The position numbers and the translations under genes are program-made. Shown here in pieces: positions 20,588 to 29,535 of a stretch of DNA of 64,000 bases (its first letter is position 1; every line of letters starts with the position of its first letter). Source of the DNA: Dehalococcoidia bacterium (GTDB lineage Bacteria; Chloroflexota; Dehalococcoidia; Plut-88900); the NCBI GenBank assembly GCA_965197645.1, contig OZ240219.1, positions 2,112,001 to 2,176,000 on the forward strand, in the 5' to 3' direction. The notes below the pieces were generated by a model, which saw only the letters and a list, made by a program, of their open reading frames with translations, was not told the DNA's origin and did not search any database.

Positions 20588-21592
20588 CTACAGCAAGACA
20601 CTGGCCGATACCCCGGCACCGATGGGCTCCAGGATGTCCAGCTGCTCCCGGGTGAGCTGAAGATCGCCGGCGGCGGCGTTCTGCTCCAGCTCGTTGAGGT
20701 TCTCGGGACCGATGACGGTGCTGGTCACCGCCGGACGAGAGAGGAGCCAGCCCAACGCCAGCTGTGAGGGAGGCAGCCCCCACTCCTTCGCCACAGCATC
20801 CAGCTGCCCGGCGGCGGCGTTCTCGCTGGCGTTGAATCCGGGTCCCCGGCCTTGGACCCATCGCCGGTCCCCGAGGATGGAGACGGGCCTCGCTTCCAGG
20901 GTCTCCAGGCCGGTGAGCAGCCCCCCGGCCAATGGGCTATAGCACGTGAGTCCGAGACCGAAGCGCAGGCAGGCCGGGACCACTTCCTCCTCTACGTCGC
21001 GGGCGGCCATGTTGTACCGCATCTGAGTCGCTACCGGCTCGTACAGCCCCAGCATTCTGGCCGTCATCACTATCTCGGTCATCTGCCAGGCGGGGAAGTT
21101 GGAAACGGCGTAGTACCGGATCTTGCCCTGACGCACCAGGTCATCCATTGCCCGCAGGGTCTGATCTATCGGGGTGGAGGGGTCCGGCGCGTGCCAGTAG
21201 TACAGGTCCAGGTAGTCGGTCTGGAGCCGTTTCAGGGTCCGCTCGATCATCTGCATGACGTGCAGGCGGGAGAGACCTCCACTGTTGGGGCCCGGCAGCA
21301 CCGGTTCCTGCACCTTGGAGGCGATGATCACCTCGTGGCGGCGGCCCTCGAGCGCGCGGCCGAGAATCTCCTCGGCGGACTTGCGCTGCTCAACGGAAGG
21401 CGCTCCCGGCCGGTCGAACCTGGCCTGATCGCCGTAGGAGTTGGCGGTATCGAAGAAGTTGATACCCAGCTCCAGCGCCCGATTGAACAGGGCTGGTGCA
21501 TCCTCTTCCAGCGGCGCCACCCCCAGGGTTGCTGTGCCCATACAGATCCGGGAGACGCTGACGCCTGTATTCCCCAACGTAACGTACTGCAT
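20588..21592 (-). CDS. Aldo/keto reductase
   Basis: FFDTANSYG, ASK, DLYYWH and YSPLAGG motifs. Confidence 0.92.
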   Translation of the reverse strand: MQYVTLGNTGVSVSRICMGTATLGVAPLEEDAPALFNRALELGINFFDTANSYGDQARFDRPGAPSVEQRKSAEEILGRALEGRRHEVIIASKVQEPVLPGPNSGGLSRLHVMQMIERTLKRLQTDYLDLYYWHAPDPSTPIDQTLRAMDDLVRQGKIRYYAVSNFPAWQMTEIVMTARMLGLYEPVATQMRYNMAARDVEEEVVPACLRFGLGLTCYSPLAGGLLTGLETLEARPVSILGDRRWVQGRGPGFNASENAAAGQLDAVAKEWGLPPSQLALGWLLSRPAVTSTVIGPENLNELEQNAAAGDLQLTREQLDILEPIGAGVSASVLL

Positions 21593-21805
21593 GACGGTAT
21601 CCCACTTTCTACGCTGTTGTTCCAAAACGACGGGCCTGGCGCCGACAGCGGTCCGGCTTCCGGGTCCCTTTTCCGTGGTCGCTCAGCTCGCCTCGCTGCT
21701 ATGCCCAGACGTATCGTTATTGATACACCTTTTGGGGCACGATAAGCAACTCACGATGATAGAAGTGTCGCATACCAAGGCGCAACGAAAGCCGCTTCCG
21801 ATTCG

Positions 21806-21862
21806 TTGACCTCCCATACCCGCGCTGATAGAATGGCTCTGACTTTGTTAGAAACTTCACGT
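21806..21862 (+). promoter_or_regulatory. Sigma70 promoter plus Rex-like operator
   Basis: TTGACC-17 nt-TAGAAT with extended TG, followed by TTGTTAGAAACTTCACGT (21845-21862). Confidence 0.6.
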
Positions 21863-21891
21863 ACTCCGCTTATGGCAATCTACACCTCACC

Positions 21892-22572
21892 ATGCTGATC
21901 GACTTCCATTCCCACACCATGGTCGGCGGCAGCGACAGCAGCATCTCTCCCCAGGACCTGGTCCTCGAGGCTAAGAAACAGGGGCTGGACGGCATCTGCT
22001 TCACCGAGCACGGGGGCGGTTGGGAGTGGGGCCGGTTCCAGGCCTTCGCCGAGGAACAGGACATCCTAGTCATCCACGGGCTGGAGGTCAACACCGAGCT
22101 GGGCCACATCGGGGCCTACGGCCTGCACAACTACGTCAGCGGCATACACAAAGCCGAAAAGCTTCGCCAAGTGATCGATGATGTCGGGGGCTACATGGTG
22201 GCCATGCATCCCTTCCGCATGTTCTACTACCAGCGGGGAAGCCTACTCTGGCCCAACGGCAGCAAGCCCAAGACCTTGGAAGAAGCCAGCGAGCACCCCA
22301 CGTTTCAGATAGTGGATGGCATCGAGGTCCTCAACGGCGGTAACAACGACAAGGAAAACGCTGCTGCCTACAAGGTGGCTGGGCTGCTGGGAAAGTCCCG
22401 CACCGCCGGCTCCGATGCCCACTCTCACCACGGTGTCGGCTGCCACGTCACGGTGTTCGAGAAGGACGTGAAGACGGAGGAAGAGTTCCTTGAGGAGCTC
22501 AGAGCCGGTCGATTTCATCCCGCCACCGGACTCCGCAGCGGTAACCTGAAGCCCTATTACCCTTCAATCTAG
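21892..22572 (+). CDS. PHP-domain metallophosphoesterase
   Basis: DFHSHT, TEH, HP and GSDAH motifs. Confidence 0.9.
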   Translation: MLIDFHSHTMVGGSDSSISPQDLVLEAKKQGLDGICFTEHGGGWEWGRFQAFAEEQDILVIHGLEVNTELGHIGAYGLHNYVSGIHKAEKLRQVIDDVGGYMVAMHPFRMFYYQRGSLLWPNGSKPKTLEEASEHPTFQIVDGIEVLNGGNNDKENAAAYKVAGLLGKSRTAGSDAHSHHGVGCHVTVFEKDVKTEEEFLEELRAGRFHPATGLRSGNLKPYYPSI

Positions 22573-22698
22573 GGTACCCGGCGATTCCTCGATCCGCCTT
22601 CGTCCCACCAAGGCCTTTACTTTCCTTTCCGCCACGCGGCAAAATGGGCCTGTCCAACCCGGGATAATGAATATCAACCCTGGCATTGGCGATCGAAT

Positions 22699-23562
22699 AT
22701 GTACATCCCCCTAGATCAACCGCTAAACCTGGTACACACCTTTGAATGCGGCCAGGCTTTCCGGTGGAAACGGGTGGGGGAGTGGTACTACGGCTTGGCC
22801 TTCGGCAACATCTTCGCCATTCGCCAGGGCCTGCTGGGCCTTGAGTTCCGAAGCTACCCCGAACCCGAGGAGGACGTGGCATATCGAATCAAATACTACC
22901 TCCGCCTGGACGACGACCTGCCCGCCATCTACGACCGGATTTCCATCGATGAACGGATGAGCTCGGCTATCGCCCAGTTCTCCGGCCTTCGTCTCATTCG
23001 ACAGGACCCGTGGGAGTGCCTCCTCTCCTTCATCTGCTCGATCAACTCCAACATAGCCCGCATCAGCGCGTCGGTTGAGAGCCTCAGCGAGAAGCTGGGC
23101 GAGCGCCTGGAGATGGATGATCAGGTCATCTACACCTTCCCCACCCCCCGGCAGGTGGCGGGCCTTGGGGAAATGGGTCTCCGGCTCCTAGGCATGGGGT
23201 TCCGGGCCAAGTACATGGCGGAGACTGCCCGAATCCTCACCGAGGACGGATACGATCTGGACGGCCTGCGGGAGGCCTCCTACCAGGACGCCAAAGCGGA
23301 GCTGATGACCCTGCCGGGCGTGGGCGACAAGGTAGCGGACTGCGTGCTCCTCTTCTCCCTGGACAAGCTCGAAGCCTTCCCCGTCGACCGCTGGGTCCGG
23401 CGCGCTGTCGAGGACTGGTACCTCAACGGCGAGTCCCGCTCCTACGATGCCATCCGCCAGTGGTCCCTGGATACCTTCGGGCACTACGGCGGATACGCCC
23501 AGCAGTACATGTTCCACCGGAGGCGGCTGGACGGCCTGGCACCTTCGGAAGACGCCGGTTAA
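22699..23562 (+). CDS. 8-oxoguanine DNA glycosylase (OGG family, HhH-GPD)
   Basis: CGQAFRW, QDPWECL, LPGVGDKVADC, FPVD and GYAQQY motifs. Confidence 0.9.
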   Translation: MYIPLDQPLNLVHTFECGQAFRWKRVGEWYYGLAFGNIFAIRQGLLGLEFRSYPEPEEDVAYRIKYYLRLDDDLPAIYDRISIDERMSSAIAQFSGLRLIRQDPWECLLSFICSINSNIARISASVESLSEKLGERLEMDDQVIYTFPTPRQVAGLGEMGLRLLGMGFRAKYMAETARILTEDGYDLDGLREASYQDAKAELMTLPGVGDKVADCVLLFSLDKLEAFPVDRWVRRAVEDWYLNGESRSYDAIRQWSLDTFGHYGGYAQQYMFHRRRLDGLAPSEDAG

Positions 23563-23577
23563 ACCGTAGACTCATCG

Positions 23578-24321
23578 ATGCTCGCCGTCTCCACCAGGCT
23601 CCCCGATACCAGGTCCGGCAATCCGCCGGTGGTCCTTGTCCACGGCGCCGCCAACTCGGCCATCGTGTGGAGGCACTGGCAGGAGGAGCTGGCCGAACGC
23701 GGCTGGGCATCCTACGCCCTGGACTTGAGGGGCCACGGGAGAAGCGCGGTCATCGACCTTTCGACCACGACGATGGAGGATTACGCCACCGATATACAAA
23801 GAGTGACGACCATGTTGGACAGACCTCCCGTCGTCCTGGGCTGGAGCATGGGCGGCCTGGTCGCCATGCTGTACGCCTCGTGCGGGAAGGCCGCTGCCTG
23901 TGTGGCCATCGCGCCCAGTGTCCCGGCCCGCAGGACCGATCCCTCGGTCAGGTTGCGAGCGGGCGAGTACGGCGCTGCCGCCTATCGCATCACTAAACGC
24001 GGCCCCGAAGACCAGCCCGCCATGCCAGATTTAGACCTGGATGAGCGCAAGCTCGCCCTGGACTCCCTCAGCAACGAGTCTCGCTTCGCTCGGGACCAGA
24101 GGAAGGCCGGAATAGTCATCGAATCGATACCCTGTCCTCTGCTCCTGGTCACCGGCACCGAGGACACCGACTGGCCCGAGGAGATGTTCCGGGACCTGTG
24201 GCTCGAGCCGGACCGGTACAGCGTGCAGGGCGCATCCCATTGGGGGCTGGTGTTGAATCGCCGGGTCCTGCCTTCCACGGTCGAAAAGGTCACGGCCTGG
24301 GTATCAGAGAGTCTGCGGTAA
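23578..24321 (+). CDS. Alpha/beta hydrolase (tandem paralog 1)
   Basis: VHG, DLRGHG, GWSMGG and GASHWGL motifs. Confidence 0.88.
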   Translation: MLAVSTRLPDTRSGNPPVVLVHGAANSAIVWRHWQEELAERGWASYALDLRGHGRSAVIDLSTTTMEDYATDIQRVTTMLDRPPVVLGWSMGGLVAMLYASCGKAAACVAIAPSVPARRTDPSVRLRAGEYGAAAYRITKRGPEDQPAMPDLDLDERKLALDSLSNESRFARDQRKAGIVIESIPCPLLLVTGTEDTDWPEEMFRDLWLEPDRYSVQGASHWGLVLNRRVLPSTVEKVTAWVSESLR

Positions 24322-25068
24322 ATGCCCGTGCTCGCCGTATCCACCAGACTTTCGGCAGCCGACTCCCCGAACCCTCCCATCGTCCTTGTCCCCGGCTCTT
24401 TCGCCTCCGCCCTGATCTGGACCTATTGGCAGGACGAGCTGGCCAGGCTGGGCTGGATATCCCACGCCATCGATCTACGGGGCCACGGCCTTAGCACACC
24501 GATGGACCTATCGAAAACGTCGGTGGCCGATTACGTCTCCGACGTCCGTCGCGTCGTCGAGACCCTGGCCAGGCCACCGGTGATGATGGGCTGGAGCATG
24601 GGAGGCCTGCTATCGATGATGTACTCCAGCACCTATGGCGCCGCGGCGTGCATAGGCTTGGCGCCGACGCCGCCGGCCAACAGGCCGAACACCACTTTCG
24701 TCATCGAGGACGGCGAGTATCCCGCCTACATACCCGGAATGACCGACCGGCCTGTCGAAGACCAACCGTCTCTACCCGACCTGGACCTGGAAGAGAGGCA
24801 GACGGCCCTAGATGCGATGTCCAGGGAGTCCCGGTATGCCATGGGGGAGAGGATGGCCGGCGTGGTGGTGAAGTCGGTCCCCTGCCCTCTGCTGATCGCC
24901 ACGGGCTCCGAGGATGTGACCTGGCCCAAAGACGCTGTCGTAGCCGGATGGCTCAACCCAGATCGCCACGTTATCGAAGGAGCGTCCCACTGGGGCTTAC
25001 CCCTGAACCGGTCGGCCATTTCCGCCGCCGCGCCGGTCATATCCCGGTGGATCCTGGAGAACCTCTAG
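24322..25068 (+). CDS. Alpha/beta hydrolase (tandem paralog 2)
   Basis: DLRGHG, GWSMGG and GASHWGL motifs; abuts paralog 1 (TAA-ATG). Confidence 0.88.
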   Translation: MPVLAVSTRLSAADSPNPPIVLVPGSFASALIWTYWQDELARLGWISHAIDLRGHGLSTPMDLSKTSVADYVSDVRRVVETLARPPVMMGWSMGGLLSMMYSSTYGAAACIGLAPTPPANRPNTTFVIEDGEYPAYIPGMTDRPVEDQPSLPDLDLEERQTALDAMSRESRYAMGERMAGVVVKSVPCPLLIATGSEDVTWPKDAVVAGWLNPDRHVIEGASHWGLPLNRSAISAAAPVISRWILENL

Positions 25069-26309
25069 CCCACCAACTTTTTGACCAGGGCCACCTCATC
25101 CTCTCTTGTGACGGTTTCCCCATCCAGCCGGGCACGGCGAAGCTCCTTCAACATCTTTCCCAACTCCGGCCCACGAGGTACGCCCAGGTCCTGCAGGTCT
25201 CGACCGTTGAGGTGGGGAGCGATCGCTCTCAGCTCGGTTGTATAGAGCGCAATGCGCTCGGCCACCAGGGGAGACCCCGAGGCCACCCGGAACGCCGTCA
25301 ACGCATCCTCCGATATTTTATCCAGCACATCAGCCAACCGGCTTCGCTTTAGATCGAGCATCTCCAGCTCTTGCCGCCGGCTCTTCAGCGTCATCGCGTC
25401 GGCTACGCCTTGGACCTGGTCTTTGGTGAACCGGTACGTGTGAAGGAACCGCCGGCTGTCTTCGTCCGAGCAACGGTACAGCAGAATGGACAGGTACACG
25501 ACGATGGAGGGACGCCCCCCGGTCGACCTGGCCTCTCGGTACCTCTCCGCTAGCCACCCGTCGGCCTTCAGCGCCCCGTCCAGCCTTCCCAGCACCCCCA
25601 ACTCGTCTGCCCTGATCAGAGCCAGCTCCGGCTGCTCCTCTCGCAGTACCAGCTCCAGCTCGTGACGGTTCCGGTCTACGCCCACCGATCCTATGGAAGG
25701 TAGGGCGCTCCTCAGAAGCCCTTCCGTTTTCGGTTCCAATCGAAATCCCAGCCGCTGTTCATAGCGAATGGCCCGCATGATCCGGGTCGGGTCGTCGGTG
25801 AAGCTGGCATCATGGAGGACCCTGATCAGCCCCTCGTTCAGATCTCCCCTGCCGTTGTAGGGGTCCAGGAGCCGGCCCGCCTCGGGTGGGCTGAGCTGCA
25901 GAGCGATGGCGTTTACGGTGAAGTCCCGGCGGGCCATATCGGTATCGATGGAGCCCGGCCTGACCAGTGGCAGGATCCCGGGTCTTGAGTACTCTTCCCA
26001 CCGGGCCGTCGTCAGATCTACGGAGATGTCGTCTTTCGTGTAGGTGGCCGTACCGAACCTATCGTGGGTGACGACCCGCCCGCCGTCAGCTTCGGCTAGG
26101 CCCTGGGCCACCGCCAGTGCGTCGCCCTCCACGGCCAGGTCCAGGTCACCACTTTCCCGCTCCATTAGCAGGTCCCGCACCCGGCCGCCCACCAGGTAGA
26201 GAGAATGGCCCTGCTTCGAGCATATCTCTCCCGCCAGGCGCACGACCTCCCAAAGTTCGGGGGACAGAGACCTTTGGAGCGCATCGATGGGACCGGTGTT
26301 AGGAGACAA
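25065..26309 (-). CDS. CCA tRNA nucleotidyltransferase / poly(A) polymerase family
   Basis: VGGRVRD, DLD, RRDFTVNA and DDPTRIMRA motifs. Confidence 0.9.
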   Translation of the reverse strand: MSPNTGPIDALQRSLSPELWEVVRLAGEICSKQGHSLYLVGGRVRDLLMERESGDLDLAVEGDALAVAQGLAEADGGRVVTHDRFGTATYTKDDISVDLTTARWEEYSRPGILPLVRPGSIDTDMARRDFTVNAIALQLSPPEAGRLLDPYNGRGDLNEGLIRVLHDASFTDDPTRIMRAIRYEQRLGFRLEPKTEGLLRSALPSIGSVGVDRNRHELELVLREEQPELALIRADELGVLGRLDGALKADGWLAERYREARSTGGRPSIVVYLSILLYRCSDEDSRRFLHTYRFTKDQVQGVADAMTLKSRRQELEMLDLKRSRLADVLDKISEDALTAFRVASGSPLVAERIALYTTELRAIAPHLNGRDLQDLGVPRGPELGKMLKELRRARLDGETVTREDEVALVKKLVG

Positions 26310-26380
26310 AGGATCGCACCATGGTAAACAAGAGGTATAGAAAGGCCATTATAGCATCCGGCTTTCCGCACCTCGTTGGT

Positions 26381-26408
26381 TTGCTTTTGGGCACTCCGGT
26401 GCTAAAAT
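26381..26408 (+). promoter_or_regulatory. Promoter for the DsbA-like gene
   Basis: TTGCTT-16 nt-TAAAAT with extended TG. Confidence 0.5.
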
Positions 26409-26440
26409 GGGTATATTCCACAAAAGAAAGGCGGAAGCAT

Positions 26441-27061
26441 ATGGTCGAAAAGATAGATATGACCGTTTACTACGACTACCTCTGACCCTACGTCCGCGTT
26501 GCAGCAGTCTGGCTGCAAGACGTCAAGGAAGCCTACGAAGGCGAGATGAACATCACGTGGAAGAACTTCCCGTTGGAGCAGGTCAACAGCAAGGAAGGCG
26601 AAGACTGGAAGCTGTGGGAGCAGCCCGAGTCTTACGCCAGCCGCGGCCTCCTGGCCCTGCGTGCAGGGGAAGCCGCCAAGAAGCAGGGCATGGATGCCTT
26701 CAACAAGTTCCACGTCATCCTCCTGAACGCTCGCCACGTGGACCGCAAAGCCATCGACAACATGGACATCCTCGTGGATGCCGCCACCAAGGCGGGGCTG
26801 GACGTCGATAGGTTCAAAGAGGACATCAAGGACCCCGAGGCCCTGAAGACCATCGCCGCCGACTATGAGGAGGCGAAGAGCAAGCACGGCGTGTTCGGCG
26901 TGCCAACCATCGTCTCAGAGGACGGCAACGCCGCCTTCGTCAAGATGATGCCGCCTCCGGCTTCAGACAAGGCCCTGGAAGTATTCGAAGGGGTCTTCGA
27001 CGTCGTGTCCACGAAACCTGACGTGCTGGAGATCAAGCGACCCGAACCTCCCGAGGCCTAG
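26441..27061 (+). CDS. DsbA-like thioredoxin-fold selenoprotein (Sec at TGA 26483-26485)
   Basis: MVEKIDMTVYYDYL-U-PYVRVAAVWL is in frame with ORF 26546..27061; GVFGVPT cis-Pro loop; hairpin just downstream of the TGA. Confidence 0.85.
26491..26522 (+). promoter_or_regulatory. Putative bacterial SECIS element
   Basis: Stem TTGCAGC/GCTGCAA, loop AGTCTG starting 20 nt after the UGA, lower stem CGTC/GACG. Confidence 0.72.
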
Positions 27062-27081
27062 ACTGCGGCGTTCCGGTTCCA

Positions 27082-27780
27082 ATGCCCGACCTGGATGAGC
27101 TTCAGCGGATCATCGGGGTCGAATTTGCCGACCCGTCGCTTCTGAGCAAGGCTCTAACTCACAGCTCTTTTCTGAACGAGAATCCAGCACCGGGCCTGGA
27201 ACACAACGAACGGCTGGAGTTCCTGGGTGACGCCGTCATTGGCTACGTCGTCGCCCAGGAGCTTTACCTCCGCTTCCCGCACCTCTCCGAAGGTGAACTC
27301 ACCGAGCTTCGTGCCGGCATGGTCCGAGCCGAGTCCCTCGCTGAAATCGCCCTCGACTTGCACCTCGGCGAGTACCTGACCCTCGGTCGGGGTGAGGAGC
27401 AGGGGGGCGGCAGGGACCGTACCGGCAACCTGGGGAGAGCCCTGGAGGCATTGGTCGGCGCTCTTCTCCTCGATCAGGGAATGGAGACGACCCGCTCCTT
27501 CCTACTCAAACAGCTGGAAAGTCGCCTGGGAAGCGCCGTCAAAGAGGGCCCGAAGAAAGACTACAAGTCCCAGCTCCAGGAGTACACCCAGCTCCGATGG
27601 AAGATTCAACCCGACTACGTGACCGTCGAGGATCCGTCGCCCGATAACACTCCGCAGTTCTCCGCCGAGGTCATGGTACAAGGCGAGGTGATGGGCCGCG
27701 GTACCGGTCCCACCAAGCGCACCGCCCAGCGACACGCCGCCGAGGAGGCGCTCCAATGCCTCCAACTACGAGATACATGA
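27082..27780 (+). CDS. rnc: Ribonuclease III
   Basis: HNERLEFLGDAV signature plus a dsRBD (DYKSQLQE). Confidence 0.96.
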   Translation: MPDLDELQRIIGVEFADPSLLSKALTHSSFLNENPAPGLEHNERLEFLGDAVIGYVVAQELYLRFPHLSEGELTELRAGMVRAESLAEIALDLHLGEYLTLGRGEEQGGGRDRTGNLGRALEALVGALLLDQGMETTRSFLLKQLESRLGSAVKEGPKKDYKSQLQEYTQLRWKIQPDYVTVEDPSPDNTPQFSAEVMVQGEVMGRGTGPTKRTAQRHAAEEALQCLQLRDT

Positions 27781-27904
27781 TGTAGAGATTCGCCGCCTAG
27801 TTTTCCCTTTGATATCCGCCCTAGAGCGGATGTAGGCTCTTTCCCGAATCGGCCCCACTCCCAGATCGGTTTGCCCTCCCACCCGCCCTGGGACGTATAA
27901 TTTT

Positions 27905-28192
27905 GGGGGGCACATCCCCCAATCCCCCTGCCAGAGGGAAGCCCTCTGGAATCCTTGGAAGGGGAGCCTGGGGCAAGCTTAGGGGTTGCAACACGGCCCG
28001 GACTGCATCCGTAGGCGCGCTCTGCTCGCTTAGACTGCCGGGGGAAAGTCGATGGAACAAGGGGTGTGCAGAGGGGCGAAGCAAGTTCTTCTCAGACTAC
28101 CTGCTGGGGGCCGGGAGTCTGAGGGTGTCCCTCATAAACAATCGATACCCCCTTCCTGGCTAGGAAGGGGGCCAGGGGGATGGTCGAAAGGG
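27905..28192 (+). repeat. Modular intergenic repeat, copy C (longest)
   Basis: Contains modules found in copies A, B and D; preceded by TATAAT at 27896. Confidence 0.88.
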
Positions 28193-28218
28193 TGCTAATA
28201 ACACTCAGTACAACAATG

Positions 28219-28248
28219 TTGACCCTGTTTTTCGCAGCGTGCTAGGAT
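28219..28248 (+). promoter_or_regulatory. Promoter for ftsY
   Basis: TTGACC-18 nt-TAGGAT with extended TG. Confidence 0.5.
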
Positions 28249-28266
28249 AGCTTACCGGTAATCGAC

Positions 28267-29202
28267 ATGCCTTTCCTGAAGCTCCTCAAGCGGGAGAAGA
28301 AGACCGAAGAAGCTGTCCAGCGCACCAAACGCGGCTGGTTCAATCGTGTCACCGGTATCCTGCGCAGCCCCAAGATCGACCAGGAGTTCTGGGACGATCT
28401 GGAGGAGCTGCTGATCTCCGCCGACGTTGGTGTCACCACCACCACCAGGCTCTCCGAGGCCCTCCAGGAACGCCTGAAGAAGGACCGGTTGCGGAACGCC
28501 GATGAGCTTCAGCAGGTCCTGCGAGAGCAGATGATCCACATCCTGAGCTCTCCCGGCAACAACGGTGGGTTCCTGGCTTCCACCGATGCTCAACCCGCGA
28601 TCGTACTCGTAGTTGGGGTCAACGGAGGAGGAAAGACCACATCCATCGCCAAGCTCGCCCACGCCCTCAAAGAGGATGACAAAAAGGTGGTCATCGCCGC
28701 GGCCGATACCTTCCGTGCCGCGGCCATGGAGCAGCTGCAGGTATGGGGCAAGCGGCTCGAGGTCGAGATTATAGCCCATCAGCCGGGCGCCGATCCCGGG
28801 GCCGTCGTGTTCGATGCCCTCCACAGTGCGAAGAGCCGCGCCGCGGACGTAGTCCTCATTGATACCGCCGGCCGGCTTCACACCAAGTACAATCTCATGG
28901 AAGAGTTGAAGAAGATCAACCGGGTCATTAAACGCTTCGACCCCACCGCCCCCCACGAGGTATTGCTGACCATGGATGCCGTTACCGGCCAGAACGGCCT
29001 CTATCAGGCCAAGGCTTTCGTCGAGGCCGTCAATGTGACCGGGATATTTCTGTCCAAGCTGGACGGCACGGCCAAAGGCGGCATTCTCCTGAACATCTGC
29101 GAAGAGCTGAACATCCCCATCCACTTCATCGGTACCGGAGAAGGCCCCGAAGACATGGCCCCCTTCGAGCCCAAGACCTTCGTCAACGCCCTCTTCGATT
29201 AG
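28267..29202 (+). CDS. ftsY: SRP receptor FtsY
   Basis: GVNGGGKTT, DTFRAAA, DTAGR and KLDGTAKGG motifs. Confidence 0.97.
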   Translation: MPFLKLLKREKKTEEAVQRTKRGWFNRVTGILRSPKIDQEFWDDLEELLISADVGVTTTTRLSEALQERLKKDRLRNADELQQVLREQMIHILSSPGNNGGFLASTDAQPAIVLVVGVNGGGKTTSIAKLAHALKEDDKKVVIAAADTFRAAAMEQLQVWGKRLEVEIIAHQPGADPGAVVFDALHSAKSRAADVVLIDTAGRLHTKYNLMEELKKINRVIKRFDPTAPHEVLLTMDAVTGQNGLYQAKAFVEAVNVTGIFLSKLDGTAKGGILLNICEELNIPIHFIGTGEGPEDMAPFEPKTFVNALFD

Positions 29203-29535
29203 CTCGATTCCAGCCCCGCACGATCGTCCTGTATCCCCTTGATGCACCAGGGCTACAGACATGATGCTTGTCTCAAAGAGACTGATGTCTCCGTGCCAAT
29301 CGCCCTCCCTCGGGCAGTTTTGTCGATGGAGACACACTGATCTAACAAGGAACAAGGGGGCGGGGAGCCTGCGGATGCCATCCGGGGCGGGAGGGAGGGT
29401 AAACTAACGTGGGTGGGGGTATTGAGCAACCCCAGCGATGAGCACATCAGATGTAGAGTTCCGGACATTCCATCATTATCGGTGTAGACCCGAGATAGAG
29501 TAGAGACCGCTATCAGATGACCTTGTTGACCTTCC

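Noticed and set aside
26407-26811. 134-aa alternative-frame ORF over the DsbA-like gene
   Set aside because: Arg/Pro-rich shadow frame with no motif; its ATG overlaps the -10 box.
26546-27061. 171-aa ORF as the complete gene, or a nonsense pseudogene
   Set aside because: It lacks the active-site strand, which lies in frame upstream. The TGA falls exactly at the Cys position with a SECIS-like hairpin, so recoding is the better explanation.
29203-29535. SRP RNA (ffs) next to ftsY
   Set aside because: The conserved domain IV motif (GNRA loop with AGCAG) was not found on either strand.
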